NCBI GenBank assembly: GCA_045862915.1
Contig: BTVE01000004.1
Coordinates: 38,055 to 102,054 of the forward strand
Reading direction: 5' to 3'
DNA: 64,000 nucleotides
Source of the DNA: Acidimicrobiia bacterium
Lineage (GTDB): Bacteria; Acidobacteriota; Vicinamibacteria; Vicinamibacterales; SCN-69-37
The notes under the pieces were generated by a model that saw only the letters and a list, made by a program, of their open reading frames with translations, ran no database searches and was not told the origin of the DNA. Below are positions 37,747 through 48,710 of this stretch, one piece after another. The position numbers were made by a program, and so were the translations under genes. Each line of letters starts with the position of its first letter. The stretch's first letter is position 1.

Positions 37747-40158
37747 ATGACCGAACACAAGGACTGCTGCTCAGCCGACGCCACCAACGTCGTCCACACC
37801 ACCCATATCGATCCCGTCTGCGGAATGACGGTGGATCCAGCCAAGGCCAGGGGCGGCTCATTCGACTACGAAGGCACGACGTACTGGTTCTGCAGTCCAG
37901 GCTGCAACACGAAGTTCGCGGCTGATCCTGCGGGCTGGCTCAGAAGCGGTCCGAAGGGCATGAAGGCCATGGCGCCGACTGCCCAACCCATGACCCTCCT
38001 GGGGCGCAAGCACCAGGCACCACCGACCCCGAAGCTGGAACCCGTTGCCGCTGCCGGCACGGTCTGGATCTGCCCCATGGATCCCGAGGTGCGCGAGTCG
38101 AAACCCGGCGACTGCCCGATCTGCGGCATGGCGCTTGAGCCGGAAGTGACGAGCATGACCGTCGAGGAGCCCGTCAACCACGAGCTCATCGACATGACGC
38201 GCCGCTTCTGGATTTCACTGGCCTTGTCGCTGCCGGTCGTCGCGGTGGCGATGGGACAGATGTTGGGCTGGTGGCCGATCTCGATGCGAACGGCAGGGTG
38301 GGTGCAGTTTGCCCTCGCGTCGCCGGTCGCGGTGTGGGCGGCGTGGCCGTTTTATGTACGGGCTGTCCGGTCCATCCGCAGCGGCCACCTGAACATGTTC
38401 ACGCTCATCGGCATTGGTGTCAGCGTGGCGTATCTCTACAGCGTGGTGGCCCTGCTCGCGCCTGGGATCTTTCCGCATGCCTTTACGCACAACGGCGGCG
38501 TCGAGGTGTACTTCGAGGCCGCTGCGGCGATTGTCACGCTGATTCTGCTGGGCCAGGTGCTTGAACTGCGCGCGCGGAGCCAGACCGGCGCGGCTATTCG
38601 CGCGTTGCTGGGCTTGGCGCCGGCGACCGCGCGAGTGCTCATGGCTGACGGCAGTGAACACGACGTCCCACTGGAGTACGTCAAGGTCGGCGATCGGCTG
38701 CGCATTCGTCCTGGCGAAAAAGTGCCCGTCGACGGCATTGTGGTCGAAGGCCGAAGCCACGTGGACGAATCGATGGTGACGGGAGAGTCAGCGCCCGTGG
38801 CCAAGGCGGCGGGTGATCACGTGGTTGGCGCGACCGTCAACGGCAGCGGCAGTCTGGTGATGCGGGCGGAACGTGTTGGCAGGGACACCCTGCTCGCGCG
38901 CATCGTCGCAATGGTGGCCGAGGCACAGCGGAGTCGTGCGCCGATTCAGCGCCTGGCGGACCGTGTGTCGTCGATCTTTGTGCCTGCCGTCGTGGTGGTG
39001 TCGGTGCTCACGTTCGTGGCGTGGAGTCTGTGGGGGCCCGAACCATCGATGGCGTACGGTCTGGTCAATGCCGTGGCCGTGCTCATCATCGCCTGTCCGT
39101 GCGCGCTGGGGCTGGCCACGCCGATGTCCATCATGGTCGCGACAGGGCGAGGTGCGTCCATGGGCGTGCTGTTCCGCAATGCGGAAGCCATCGAAGCGCT
39201 GCGTACGGTTGACACGCTCGTGTTCGACAAGACCGGCACACTGACGGAAGGGCGGCCGTCGCTGGTGACCGTCGAGTCGCTGTCGGACGTTCCCGAACAG
39301 GAGTGGCTGCCGCTGGTCGCCGCTCTGGAGCGAGGCAGTGAACATCCGCTCGCCTCGGCGATCGTGAAGGGCGTCGCAGAACGAGGCCTGTCGTTCGGTA
39401 CGCCGGCGTCGTTTGAGTCGATCACGGGCCTCGGAGTGAAAGGCACGGTGGCCGGGCGAGTGGTTGTTGTGGGCACGCCGGAGTTGCTGCGTCAGCAGGG
39501 GGTGTCAGACAGGGATCGTCTGGAGGCACGACTTGAGCCCCTCCGCACCACTGGGCAGACGGTGGTCTGTGCCGCAGTGGACGGCGTCGCTGTGGGACTG
39601 TTTGGCGTGGCGGATCGCATCAAGGACAGCACCGCCGAAGCCGTGAACACCTTGCGCGCGCAAGGGCTCCGCCTCGTGATGTTGACCGGTGACAATGCGA
39701 CAACGGCTGCGTCGGTCGCCTCGTCACTGGGCATCGAGGATGTGCGCGCGGACGTGAGGCCCGACGGCAAGGCCGGCGTCATCAAGACGCTGCAGGCCGA
39801 GGGCCGGATCGTGGCGATGGCGGGTGATGGCATCAACGATGCGCCTGCGCTCGCGCAGGCCAACGTCGGAATCGCCATGGGGACGGGCACCGATGTGGCG
39901 ATGGAAAGTGCAGGGGTGACGCTGGTGAAGGGTGACCTTCGCGCCGTGTCTCGAGCCATCCGCCTCTCGCATGCGACCATGGCCAACATCCGCCAGAATC
40001 TGTTCTTTGCGTTTGTGTACAACACGGTCGGTGTCCCGGTGGCCGCGGGTGTTCTCTATCCTTTCTTCGGGCTGCTCCTGAGCCCCATGATTGCGGCCGC
40101 GGCAATGAGTCTCAGCTCAGTCTCGGTGATCGGGAATGCGCTGAGACTGCGCAGGTAG
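37747..40158 (+). CDS. copA: Copper-translocating P1B-type ATPase
   Basis: CPC motif ([13 protein letters not shown]), [19 protein letters not shown]-terminal TRASH/YHS-like CGM...YWFCSPGC and CPMDPEV...CPICGM metal sites. Start at MTEHKDCC. Confidence 0.92.
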   Translation: MTEHKDCCSADATNVVHTTHIDPVCGMTVDPAKARGGSFDYEGTTYWFCSPGCNTKFAADPAGWLRSGPKGMKAMAPTAQPMTLLGRKHQAPPTPKLEPVAAAGTVWICPMDPEVRESKPGDCPICGMALEPEVTSMTVEEPVNHELIDMTRRFWISLALSLPVVAVAMGQMLGWWPISMRTAGWVQFALASPVAVWAAWPFYVRAVRSIRSGHLNMFTLIGIGVSVAYLYSVVALLAPGIFPHAFTHNGGVEVYFEAAAAIVTLILLGQVLELRARSQTGAAIRALLGLAPATARVLMADGSEHDVPLEYVKVGDRLRIRPGEKVPVDGIVVEGRSHVDESMVTGESAPVAKAAGDHVVGATVNGSGSLVMRAERVGRDTLLARIVAMVAEAQRSRAPIQRLADRVSSIFVPAVVVVSVLTFVAWSLWGPEPSMAYGLVNAVAVLIIACPCALGLATPMSIMVATGRGASMGVLFRNAEAIEALRTVDTLVFDKTGTLTEGRPSLVTVESLSDVPEQEWLPLVAALERGSEHPLASAIVKGVAERGLSFGTPASFESITGLGVKGTVAGRVVVVGTPELLRQQGVSDRDRLEARLEPLRTTGQTVVCAAVDGVAVGLFGVADRIKDSTAEAVNTLRAQGLRLVMLTGDNATTAASVASSLGIEDVRADVRPDGKAGVIKTLQAEGRIVAMAGDGINDAPALAQANVGIAMGTGTDVAMESAGVTLVKGDLRAVSRAIRLSHATMANIRQNLFFAFVYNTVGVPVAAGVLYPFFGLLLSPMIAAAAMSLSSVSVIGNALRLRR

Positions 40159-40170
40159 ACAGGAGGCACG

Positions 40171-41016
40171 ATGACTGACTTCGGCGTGAAGGCTCCCGGA
40201 TACCGCTTGCCGGAGACAACGGCCGTCGGGCCGGTGCGCCTGCAAATCAGCGATCTGGATCGATCGCTGGAGTACTACGAATCCGTGCTCGGGCTGCAAC
40301 GCCTGCCCTCAGACGAGGCGGATGCGTCACTTGGCGCGTCAGACGGACGGCCGCTGGTGCACCTCGTTGAAAAGGTGGGGATCAAGCCGGTGCCTGCCCA
40401 AGGCGCGTTTGGCTTGTATCACTTCGCGATCCTGTTGCCCGAGCGTGCCGCACTGGCCCGATTCCTCGCGCATCTCGTGCAACTCGGGCTCCGACCCGGC
40501 ATGGCGGATCACCTCGTGAGCGAAGCGCTGTACCTGCACGACCCGGATGGTCTCGGCATCGAGGTCTATGCCGATCGGCCCCGCTCGGCGTGGCGCGTCC
40601 GCGGTCACGAACTGCAGATGGTCAGCGATCCGATCGATGTGCGCGGTCTGCTGACGGCAGCTGTCGATGTACCGTGGGCCGGCATGCCCGCGGGGACGAC
40701 GATGGGACACGTGCACCTGCATGTCGGTGACCTCGCTCAGGCGGAGGCTTTTTACCATCAGCGGCTTGGCTTCGATAAGACGGTGTGGTCGTATCCCGGC
40801 GCGTTGTTCCTCTCGGCCGGGGGCTACCACCATCATCTGGGCCTCAACACCTGGTCGCCCGGTCCTTCAGCCACAGACGGCGAGGCGCGCCTGCTGGAGT
40901 GGACACTCGAACTGCCCGCGCAGGGTGACGTCGACAGGTTGCTGGCGGCAGTCGGCGGCGAGACGACGGTGCAGACAGACCCTTGGGGCACACACGTGCG
41001 CCTCACCTCAGCCTGA
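40171..41016 (+). CDS. Two-domain VOC-family protein (glyoxalase/extradiol ring-cleaving dioxygenase-like)
   Basis: Duplicated beta-alpha-beta-beta-beta modules with H..(H).E ligands (YHFAIL.., HLHVGD..., GGYHHHLGLN). Confidence 0.7.
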   Translation: MTDFGVKAPGYRLPETTAVGPVRLQISDLDRSLEYYESVLGLQRLPSDEADASLGASDGRPLVHLVEKVGIKPVPAQGAFGLYHFAILLPERAALARFLAHLVQLGLRPGMADHLVSEALYLHDPDGLGIEVYADRPRSAWRVRGHELQMVSDPIDVRGLLTAAVDVPWAGMPAGTTMGHVHLHVGDLAQAEAFYHQRLGFDKTVWSYPGALFLSAGGYHHHLGLNTWSPGPSATDGEARLLEWTLELPAQGDVDRLLAAVGGETTVQTDPWGTHVRLTSA

Positions 41017-41031
41017 CGTCGCGCGCGGCCC

Positions 41032-41478
41032 CTACTTCTTTCGTGCCAGTACCGCGTCCGCCCGCTCCTTGGTGAGTGGCGCATCACCGGCGGGATAGCC
41101 GTTGCGCTGAAGGACGTACGCCACCAGGTTGAGGGCTTCTTCGCCCGTGACAATGGCTGAGCCGTCGTTGGGCATGGTGAACTCGATCAGCGACACCAGT
41201 TCAATCACCGGCTTACCTTCCCACGCCTTGATGAACGGTTCATCACCGAGCGGCAGATCTTCGGGCTTGCGTTTCTCGGCCACGGTGAATGCATGGCACG
41301 AGGCGCAGAGCTTGTCGAACTGCGCCTTGGCCGCGTCCGCCTGCGCCTTCGAGTAGATCCCGTCGTTGGTCGTGGCCTGAGACGTGTGAGACGCCGCCGA
41401 GAGCGCGACGGCCCACACCAGGCCGAGTGTTGCCGCAAAGACCAGTACCGTTCGGGCCTGGGAGCGTGTTACCTCCAT
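41032..41478 (-). CDS. Membrane-anchored/secreted mono-haem cytochrome c (third subunit of the Moco dehydrogenase)
   Basis: CASCH haem-binding motif and N-terminal hydrophobic anchor. Start at MEVTRSQ, overlapping the upstream gene by 10 nt. Confidence 0.75.
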   Translation of the reverse strand: MEVTRSQARTVLVFAATLGLVWAVALSAASHTSQATTNDGIYSKAQADAAKAQFDKLCASCHAFTVAEKRKPEDLPLGDEPFIKAWEGKPVIELVSLIEFTMPNDGSAIVTGEEALNLVAYVLQRNGYPAGDAPLTKERADAVLARKK

Positions 41479-43718
41479 CGGAACCCGTGCTTGCTCAGTG
41501 GCAGCGAGCGGACCCGAGTGCCGGTGGCGGCAAACAGCGCATTGGTGATGGCCGGAATGATCGGCGGCAATGCGGGCTCGCCAAGGCCGGTCGGGTTGTT
41601 GTCGGACAACACCCAATGCGTCTCGATGGCCGGCGGCGCCTGTCGCATGCGAAGGATGGGGTAGCTGTCGAAGTTGCCCTGCCTCACGCGCCCGCCTTCG
41701 ACGCTGATCTCCAGCATGAGCTGACTCATCCCGTCGATGACCGCGCTGTGCACCTGGCTCTCGGCGTTCAAGGGGTTGATGATGTGACGCCCGATGTCCC
41801 CGGCCACCCAGACCTTGTTGACGGTGATCCGGCGGCTCGCATCCACCGAGACCTCCGCCACTTCGGCGAAGTGTCCCTGATGGCTGAAATGGAACGCGAC
41901 GCCCATGCCCGTGCCGTCAGGCAAAGTGCGTTTGCCCCAGCCCGACTTCTCGGCGACAAGTTTCAGGACACTGGTCATGCGCTCGGCATCAAAACCGCCA
42001 CCGCCGCCCTGCTGGGCGATCGGCGTCCGCGCCATCAGGTCGAGCCTGAACTGCACAGGGTCCTTGCCCGCGTTGAAGGCCAACTCGTCCAGGAAGGACT
42101 GCATCACGAACGAGATCGCGCAGGCCCCCGGCGCGCGATGCGCTCCCGTCGTCAGGCCGAGCGGCATCAGCGAGACATGCGTCGCAAAGTTCGGAATGAA
42201 CCGGGCGGGGAACTCTGTTCCCGACAGCGTTGACGACCCTGCCGCCCTCGGCCCTTGGGCGCGTCCCTGCGCGTTGGTACTCGGGGTTGAGCCGGCGACG
42301 TGGAACGAGACGAAGTGATTGCGCCACGCCTGCACCTGACCGGACGCGTCCAGGCCGGCCTTCAGGAAGTGGTATCCCGCCGGACGGAAGACTTCGTGCC
42401 GCATTTCGTCTTCGCGCGACCAGCGGAGCTGCACCGGCGCGCCCACGGTCTTTGCGATGACGGCGGTTTCGACGACGTAGTCGTTGTAGAGACGACGGCC
42501 GAAGCTGCCACCCATGCGCGGCAGGTGGATGGTGATGTCGGCGGCCGTGATACCCAGCGCCTGCGCGATGGTGTTGACGACGCCGCCGGGCTGCTGGGTG
42601 CCGGCCCACATCTCGAGTTTGCCGTTGGCAAACACCGCGGTGGCATTGGGCGGTTCCATGGGCGCGTGTGCGAGGAACGGGTATTCGTACGCGGCCTCGA
42701 CAACCGTGGCGGCCGAAGCCAGCGCGGCATCCGTGTCACCGTCGCTGCGTGCCGTCGACTGTGGCGCCTGCTGGGCGAGGGCGACGGCCTGTTTGGCAAA
42801 CTCCGTCGTGTTGTCCGCTTCGGCGAGTCCGTTGTCCCATACCACTTCGAGCTTCTTGCGGGCGTTGTCGGCGTACCACCAGCTGTCGGCCACGATGGCC
42901 ACACCACTCATCGAGCCACCGCCGTGACTGTCCGGGATGATGAAGGCGTGACGCACGCCGGGCATCGCCTTGATGGCGTCGAGGTTGGCGCTCTTCGCGG
43001 TGCCGCCATACACGGGACAGCGCTGGTACACCGCGTACAACAGGCCCGGCAGGGTGACGTCACTGCCGAAGAGCGGCTGGCCCGTGACGATCTTGTGGTT
43101 GTCGACACCCGGCACCGGCGTTCCGATGATCCGATACGTCGACGGGTCCTTCATCGTCAGCGTGTTCAGGGCGGGCGGTGTCATGCGCGCGGCCGCCGAT
43201 GCGAACTGGCCGTAGCCCGCAGAACGATTGGACCCGGCGTGGACGAGCCGTCCCGGCGTGGTTGTGATCTCCGATGCCGGCACGCCCCACGACTCTGCCG
43301 CGGCGGCGATCAGCATGTGCCTCGCGGCTGCACCCATCTGCCGCATGGGCACCCAGTTTGATGGCGTTGCGAACGAGCCGCCCGCCGACTGCGTGCCGTA
43401 CTTGGCAGGATTGAGGTCGGCCTGTTCGATGCGGACGTCTTTCCATTCCACATCGAGCTCTTCCGCAATGAGCATCGGCAGCATCTGCTTGACGCCCTGG
43501 CCGATCTCCGGATTTTTGGCCGTGATGGTGACGATGCCGTTGGCGTCGATGGCGATGAAGGCGTTCGGGTCGAGCGGCGCCTGATTGCCGCCGCGCCCCT
43601 GCGCGAACACATCAAGCGGTTCGAGGTACCCGGCCAGGACGAACCCGCCACCGGCCAGCGCCGAGACCTTCAGAAAGCCGCGTCGTGAGACAGAAGGAAG
43701 CAAGGTGGCCGTGCTCAC
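41469..43718 (-). CDS. Molybdopterin-dependent oxidoreductase large subunit (IorB/aldehyde oxidase family), Tat signal
   Basis: GTG start with GTGA overlap to the 2Fe-2S subunit stop. Tat motif [15 protein letters not shown]; EIGQG and xanthine-dehydrogenase-family blocks. Confidence 0.85.
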   Translation of the reverse strand: MSTATLLPSVSRRGFLKVSALAGGGFVLAGYLEPLDVFAQGRGGNQAPLDPNAFIAIDANGIVTITAKNPEIGQGVKQMLPMLIAEELDVEWKDVRIEQADLNPAKYGTQSAGGSFATPSNWVPMRQMGAAARHMLIAAAAESWGVPASEITTTPGRLVHAGSNRSAGYGQFASAAARMTPPALNTLTMKDPSTYRIIGTPVPGVDNHKIVTGQPLFGSDVTLPGLLYAVYQRCPVYGGTAKSANLDAIKAMPGVRHAFIIPDSHGGGSMSGVAIVADSWWYADNARKKLEVVWDNGLAEADNTTEFAKQAVALAQQAPQSTARSDGDTDAALASAATVVEAAYEYPFLAHAPMEPPNATAVFANGKLEMWAGTQQPGGVVNTIAQALGITAADITIHLPRMGGSFGRRLYNDYVVETAVIAKTVGAPVQLRWSREDEMRHEVFRPAGYHFLKAGLDASGQVQAWRNHFVSFHVAGSTPSTNAQGRAQGPRAAGSSTLSGTEFPARFIPNFATHVSLMPLGLTTGAHRAPGACAISFVMQSFLDELAFNAGKDPVQFRLDLMARTPIAQQGGGGGFDAERMTSVLKLVAEKSGWGKRTLPDGTGMGVAFHFSHQGHFAEVAEVSVDASRRITVNKVWVAGDIGRHIINPLNAESQVHSAVIDGMSQLMLEISVEGGRVRQGNFDSYPILRMRQAPPAIETHWVLSDNNPTGLGEPALPPIIPAITNALFAATGTRVRSLPLSKHGFRWR

Positions 43719-44194
43719 TTGGTCTCCTCCAGTTCCGCTGCGCCCTGACGGACGGCGTGGTGAATGCCCTGGCGGATGCGCAGGTACGTGCCGCAGCGGC
43801 AGAGATTGGTATTCATCGCCGTGTCGATGTCGGCGTCGGTGGGTTTGGGGCGCTGTGCCAGCAGAGCGGCCGCCGCCATGATCTGGCCGGCCTGGCAATA
43901 GCCACATTCGGGGACGTCCAGTTCCTGCCATGCCTTCTGCAGTGGATGGCTGCCGTCCGGCGAGAGTCCTTCAATCGTCACGACCGCCGCCCCGGCCACG
44001 TTGCTGACTGGCGTCTGGCACGATCGGACGGCGCGTCCACGCACGTGCACCGTGCACGAACCACATTGACCGGCACCGCAGCCGTATTTCGTTCCATGCA
44101 GGTGCAACACATCTCGCAGCACCCAGAGCAGAGGCATCTCGTTCGGCACGTCGACAGTCGTCGACTTGCCGTTCAGCGTGAATGTGACGGGCAT
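43715..44194 (-). CDS. (2Fe-2S)-binding small subunit (IorA/CoxS-like)
   Basis: [11 protein letters not shown] and [10 protein letters not shown]...NLCRCGTY cluster motifs. Start at MPVTFTLNG. Confidence 0.9.
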   Translation of the reverse strand: MPVTFTLNGKSTTVDVPNEMPLLWVLRDVLHLHGTKYGCGAGQCGSCTVHVRGRAVRSCQTPVSNVAGAAVVTIEGLSPDGSHPLQKAWQELDVPECGYCQAGQIMAAAALLAQRPKPTDADIDTAMNTNLCRCGTYLRIRQGIHHAVRQGAAELEETK

Positions 44195-44289
44195 GGGCGG
44201 GATTATAAACCGGTGCTGGGGGCGCTGGGGTGGCCAGCAACGATGGCGCGTCGTCCGGCGTAGGACGGCAGGAGGAGTTGCACGCGCCG

Positions 44290-44757
44290 ATGCCGAGGAG
44301 GGAAAGTGCAGGCCTGCTGATGTTCCGGCGGACGTCGGGGCAACTGGAAGTGCTGCTGGCACATCCGGGCGGGCCGTATTGGACCGCCCGACAGGATGGC
44401 GCATGGTCGATTCCCAAAGGCGGCAGGAATCCCGGTGAGTCTCCCCTCGATGCGGCCGTGCGCGAATTCCGCGAAGAAACGGGATTTGCGGCGTGCCCGC
44501 CGTTTCACCCGCTCGGCCGCATCACGCAGCGGTCGGGCAAAATCGTCCATGCGTGGGCCTTCGAAGGTGACTGCGATCCGGCAGCGGCCACCAGCATCAC
44601 GACCACGACGGAATGGCCCCCGCGGTCCGGCCGGTTCATCGAGGTGCCGGAAGTGGACGAGATCGCGTTTTTTGCGGTCGATCGCGCGCGCACACTGATC
44701 AACGTGCGCCAGGCCGTGCTGCTCGATCGCCTCGTCACCTGGCTCGGCCGCGCTTGA
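44290..44757 (+). CDS. NUDIX hydrolase
   Basis: Nudix box [23 protein letters not shown]. Confidence 0.8.
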   Translation: MPRRESAGLLMFRRTSGQLEVLLAHPGGPYWTARQDGAWSIPKGGRNPGESPLDAAVREFREETGFAACPPFHPLGRITQRSGKIVHAWAFEGDCDPAAATSITTTTEWPPRSGRFIEVPEVDEIAFFAVDRARTLINVRQAVLLDRLVTWLGRA

Positions 44758-44778
44758 CCGCGCGGTACTATCTCGCCG

Positions 44779-46881
44779 ATGCACACCCCGGCGCCGGCGA
44801 GCCTCGTGAGAGTGGCGTTTTTCGTGACGCTTGTGTTCTGGTGGGCCAACCTGGCCCTGACCTCACGTTGGCGCGAGGTGCCAGGGGCGCTCCACGGCGC
44901 ACGGCTTCCGTGGTTCGTCACTGCGCTTGGCATACTGACGCTCCTCGCCGTCCGGCCGCGCCGGCCGCAAGCCTCCCTGACGGCCCGCGACGGGCGGCTC
45001 CTCGCCGGCGCAGGGTCGCTGCTGCTTGGCGCCACCTTTCTTGTCTGGTTTCCACCGTACACCTGGTCCCAGATCCCCTGGCTCGACGACTGGATTCCCC
45101 GTTTCCGCTCAACCCGGGAATTTATTGACCTCCTGGCCACGGGTCGGGCGGCCGGTTGGCAGTGGGATTTCCTCGGCGGGTACCACACGAGCAGTGACGT
45201 CACGCAGAGCCTCGGCCTGCTGGCCGCCGTGCCGATGACGATCCTGGGGGATGCAGCCGGATTTCACGCGCTCCATCTGCTGCTGTTTGCCGCCATTCCC
45301 GCGCTGTTGTGGCTGGACCTCTCTCTTGACCCCGGTGACGCGGATGGCCATCCACACGCCATGGCAGGGGTCGCCGCAGGCATCGGCGCCGTCCTCGCCG
45401 CAGGCTATTCCTACACCCTGATTCGCAGCGGTGACACCAACTCGCTCGCCGGTGCCGTGCTCGTCCTGTCAACGCTCGTTGGCGCGCACGCCGCCAGGCG
45501 CGGACGGTGGTGGGGAGGGCACTGGCTGCTCGTCAGCCTCGTGTTTGTCGCCTGGTCGCACGCGGGCTCGTTTGTCTACGCGCTGGTGTACCTGGGGCTC
45601 GATGCGCTGCTCGCGCGTGACTGGCGCAGCGCGGCCCGCGCCGGCACGGCTGCGCTCGTTGCACAGTGCGCGGCGCTGCCGATGACATGGGAATCCTGGC
45701 GGTATCCAGACCTCTTCCTGTTCAACAACGTGCTGTACTCACCGCCGACAGCCATCGACTGGACCGCCCTCGCCCGCAAGGTCGCATACAACGTGGAGTT
45801 GTTGTGGCTGCCAGGCCGGTGGTCAAACGACTACGGCGCGCTGGCTCTGATCCTGCTGCCAGCGACGGCAGCGCTTCTGGTTGTGGACCGCACGCGCACG
45901 CGCCTGTATGCCGCTGCGGCGTTGGCGACTGTCGTGATGATGCGGCTCAACGATCCACATTTCGGTTACGCCTTCATCCGGCCGATCCACATGTTTCCCC
46001 TGCTGCTCGCGCCGGTCATCGCGCGGGTCAGCACCCGTCATCTCAGCAGGACCGGCGGCGTCGCGCTCCTGGCCACCGTCGCGATCTTCATTCAGATCTG
46101 GTGGCAGCCGGTGCCGCACATTCGTTCAATGCGCGACGTGTTCCCTGAACTCGTGGATCGCGTGGCTCGCGCCGACGGCGCGCTGGTGCTCGTGGAAAAC
46201 AACCCCCACCGCAACACCAACGCGGAGCCCGGAGGCGAGACGGTGGTATCCCTGACGGGCAACCACTACGAGGCCCTGCTGGCGCACGAGACCGGACGCC
46301 GCTTGTATGCGGGGTACTGGGACGGCTGGCAGTGGACACCCTGGCGCGGCCGCATGCTCAGCGGCGGGACCTGGATGGGGCAGGACATCCGTGATGTTTC
46401 ACACGACCGGATGGTTGGGGAATTGCAGTCGTGGGGCGTCGTTGATGTGTTCGTATGGTCGGCTCGCAGCCGGGCCTATTTCGAACAGGATTCCAGATTC
46501 ACCCGTGTCTGGGCTGAGGGACCGTGGACGCAATTTCGACGCAGCGACGCGGATGGACGCGAAGTGGTGACGATGGCGGGCGCCGGCGCCCTGGAAGATC
46601 GGTCGCTGCACGGCGGCGCGATTGTCCTGCGTGGAGTGCCCCTCGGCAGCCCTGTCGTCGTACGCACGAGTTATCACCCTTCGTGGCGTGCGTCGGTGGA
46701 TCAACGGTCCGTCCCCCTCTACGAGAAGGACGGACAGCTGGCGTTCATCGCGCCGTGCGCGCAGGACTGCACGGTGCTGCTCGACTACCCTCGGCGTTCG
46801 TGGCTCTGGGGTGTCGCGGTCGGCGCGTTGTTGCTTGGCGTGGCGCTGCTGCGCTACGACTTCGGAATGGTCCAGAAGTAG
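44779..46881 (+). CDS. Polytopic membrane protein of unknown function (possible lipid-linked glycosyltransferase-like)
   Basis: About 12 or more hydrophobic helices followed by a soluble domain and a final TM. The C-terminal pattern SYHPSWRA..DG...PL is reminiscent of YfhO/ArnT-like proteins. The functional guess is weak. Confidence 0.5.
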   Translation: MHTPAPASLVRVAFFVTLVFWWANLALTSRWREVPGALHGARLPWFVTALGILTLLAVRPRRPQASLTARDGRLLAGAGSLLLGATFLVWFPPYTWSQIPWLDDWIPRFRSTREFIDLLATGRAAGWQWDFLGGYHTSSDVTQSLGLLAAVPMTILGDAAGFHALHLLLFAAIPALLWLDLSLDPGDADGHPHAMAGVAAGIGAVLAAGYSYTLIRSGDTNSLAGAVLVLSTLVGAHAARRGRWWGGHWLLVSLVFVAWSHAGSFVYALVYLGLDALLARDWRSAARAGTAALVAQCAALPMTWESWRYPDLFLFNNVLYSPPTAIDWTALARKVAYNVELLWLPGRWSNDYGALALILLPATAALLVVDRTRTRLYAAAALATVVMMRLNDPHFGYAFIRPIHMFPLLLAPVIARVSTRHLSRTGGVALLATVAIFIQIWWQPVPHIRSMRDVFPELVDRVARADGALVLVENNPHRNTNAEPGGETVVSLTGNHYEALLAHETGRRLYAGYWDGWQWTPWRGRMLSGGTWMGQDIRDVSHDRMVGELQSWGVVDVFVWSARSRAYFEQDSRFTRVWAEGPWTQFRRSDADGREVVTMAGAGALEDRSLHGGAIVLRGVPLGSPVVVRTSYHPSWRASVDQRSVPLYEKDGQLAFIAPCAQDCTVLLDYPRRSWLWGVAVGALLLGVALLRYDFGMVQK

Positions 46882-47417
46882 ATCGTCCGGCCTTCGACTT
46901 CCATCGTCTTCTCGGGTTCCCATTCACCCATGTCGAAGCTGTTCGACACGATGCGGGTGCCCGGCTTGAGCTCACGCTTGAGCTTCGGAATCAGCTTCAC
47001 GTTGAGCGACGGCAGCAGGTAGAGCGTCACCACAGACGCCTCGCGCAGACTCGTGTTGTCGGAGAAGATGTCGGCGTTCATGAACTTCACCTTGTCGGTG
47101 ACGCCGGCCGCCACGGCGTTTTCATTGGATTCCTTGATCCGCTGCGGGTCAATGTCGATCCCCACACCACGCGCGCCAAACTGCTTCGCCGCGGTGATCA
47201 CGATGCGGCCGTCCCCGCATCCGAGGTCGTACACCACATCGCTGCCCGACACGTTGGCCATCTTCAGCATGGCATCCACGACAGCCTGCGGCGTGGGCAC
47301 AAAGATGACATCCGGAGACCGCAGGCCACCCTGCGCCTGGGCCTGAGCATTCGACGAAACCTGCGAGACACCGAGAACGAGCAGAGCAAGGGCCACCGCG
47401 GTGAGGCGTTTTGACAT
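46854..47417 (-). CDS. Secreted class I SAM-dependent methyltransferase
   Basis: Signal peptide MSKRLTAVALALLVLGV. SAM motif I VVYDLGCGDGRI, then GVGIDIDP. Confidence 0.75.
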   Translation of the reverse strand: MSKRLTAVALALLVLGVSQVSSNAQAQAQGGLRSPDVIFVPTPQAVVDAMLKMANVSGSDVVYDLGCGDGRIVITAAKQFGARGVGIDIDPQRIKESNENAVAAGVTDKVKFMNADIFSDNTSLREASVVTLYLLPSLNVKLIPKLKRELKPGTRIVSNSFDMGEWEPEKTMEVEGRTIYFWTIPKS

Positions 47418-47439
47418 TGTGGAGACTCCTTGGACCCGA

Positions 47440-48588
47440 TTATAGCCGCTCGACGACAATCAACGTCGCATCGTCTTGAGCGGCGCCACCAGTCCAGGCC
47501 ATGACGGCGGCCGATAACGCGTCCGCGAGCCCCTCGGCGGAGCCGCGCGGCGTGTGCGCCGCGAGTTGTTCCATCGCCTCGTCGCCGTATTCGGCATCCT
47601 CGGCATTCCGCGCTTCCGTGATGCCGTCGGTGTAACAGATCAGGCGATCGCCGGGCCCGAACGCGACGCGGCCGCTGGTGTACGTCCAGTCCGGCGAGAC
47701 GCCAAGCACAAGACCAGTCGGCGACAGGCGTTCAACGGCGCCAGAGGCTCGTACCAGCAACGGGGGATTGTGCCCCGCATTGGCGTAGGTCACCACGCCC
47801 TCGGCGAGGTCAACGACGACATAACAGAACGTCACGAACTTGCCCGACGCGATGTTGCGGCAGAGGAGGCGATTGACCGATCCGCAGACGTCATGAGGAT
47901 CCGCCGTGGGTGTCGCAAACGCGCGCACCGCGGCCTGCAGGTTCGACATCAGCAACGCGGCAGGCAGCCCTTTGCCGACGACGTCGGCGATCGACAGCGC
48001 CAGTCGTGTATCGCTGAAGCGGATGGCGTCGTAGCAGTCGCCGCCGATGCCCGCAGCCGGCGTCCAGCGGGCGGCCACCTGGCATCCGGCCAGCGTCGGC
48101 ATCTGTGCCGGCAGCAGGGCGCGCTGTATCTGGCGCGCCTCTTCGTAGTCGCGGGAAAACCGCGCATCACGCCGCCGCGCCGCCTGGCCTTCGCCAACTT
48201 CCCGCTGCACCACCTCGACGAGCGTCGTGTCATCCCACGGCTTCTGGACGTAACTGCGCGCGCCCCGCCGCATCGCTTCCACGGCGGTGTCGATGCTGCC
48301 CCATCCGGTCATGACGACCACAGGTAGCGCGGAATCGCGGGCGCGGACTCGTTCCAGCAGGTCGAGCCCTTCCTTGCCTGACGTCGTATCCCGCGTGTAG
48401 TTGAGATCCATCAGCAGCAGGTCGTACGGCTGCGTGCCCACCCGTTCGAGCACGGCCTCCACGGACCCCACGAGATCGGTCTCGAACCCCGCATCGAGGA
48501 GCAGCAGGCGAAGCGCCTGAAGGATATCGGGTTGATCGTCGGCAACAAGGATGCGCGCAGCCACGTCGAAGCCCCCTACAAGGCTCAT
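47440..48588 (-). CDS. Response regulator fused to PP2C/SpoIIE phosphatase (RsbU-like)
   Basis: Receiver ILVADDQPDIL...DLLLMDLNY. PP2C blocks GGDCYD, DVVGKG, YANAGHNPP, TDGITEA, DDATLIVV. Confidence 0.88.
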   Translation of the reverse strand: MSLVGGFDVAARILVADDQPDILQALRLLLLDAGFETDLVGSVEAVLERVGTQPYDLLLMDLNYTRDTTSGKEGLDLLERVRARDSALPVVVMTGWGSIDTAVEAMRRGARSYVQKPWDDTTLVEVVQREVGEGQAARRRDARFSRDYEEARQIQRALLPAQMPTLAGCQVAARWTPAAGIGGDCYDAIRFSDTRLALSIADVVGKGLPAALLMSNLQAAVRAFATPTADPHDVCGSVNRLLCRNIASGKFVTFCYVVVDLAEGVVTYANAGHNPPLLVRASGAVERLSPTGLVLGVSPDWTYTSGRVAFGPGDRLICYTDGITEARNAEDAEYGDEAMEQLAAHTPRGSAEGLADALSAAVMAWTGGAAQDDATLIVVERL

Positions 48589-48710
48589 GCCACGCGAAAC
48601 TTGGCACGGGTTTTCCTTTTACTTGGGTTGAACGGCCCGAATGTGGGGATGAACCGGGCGATAATCCCATTTTCGGGATTCGCCAATCTGGAATTCGGGG
48701 AGACGAGGAT

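Noticed and set aside
48602-48617. Sigma-54-like element TGGCACGGGTTTTCCT, about 95 nt upstream of the NtrC-family regulator gene.
   Set aside because: The -24 TGGCAC is perfect, but the -12 position reads TTCC rather than TTGC (the GC dinucleotide is missing). A single imperfect match in GC-rich DNA is not enough to call a promoter.
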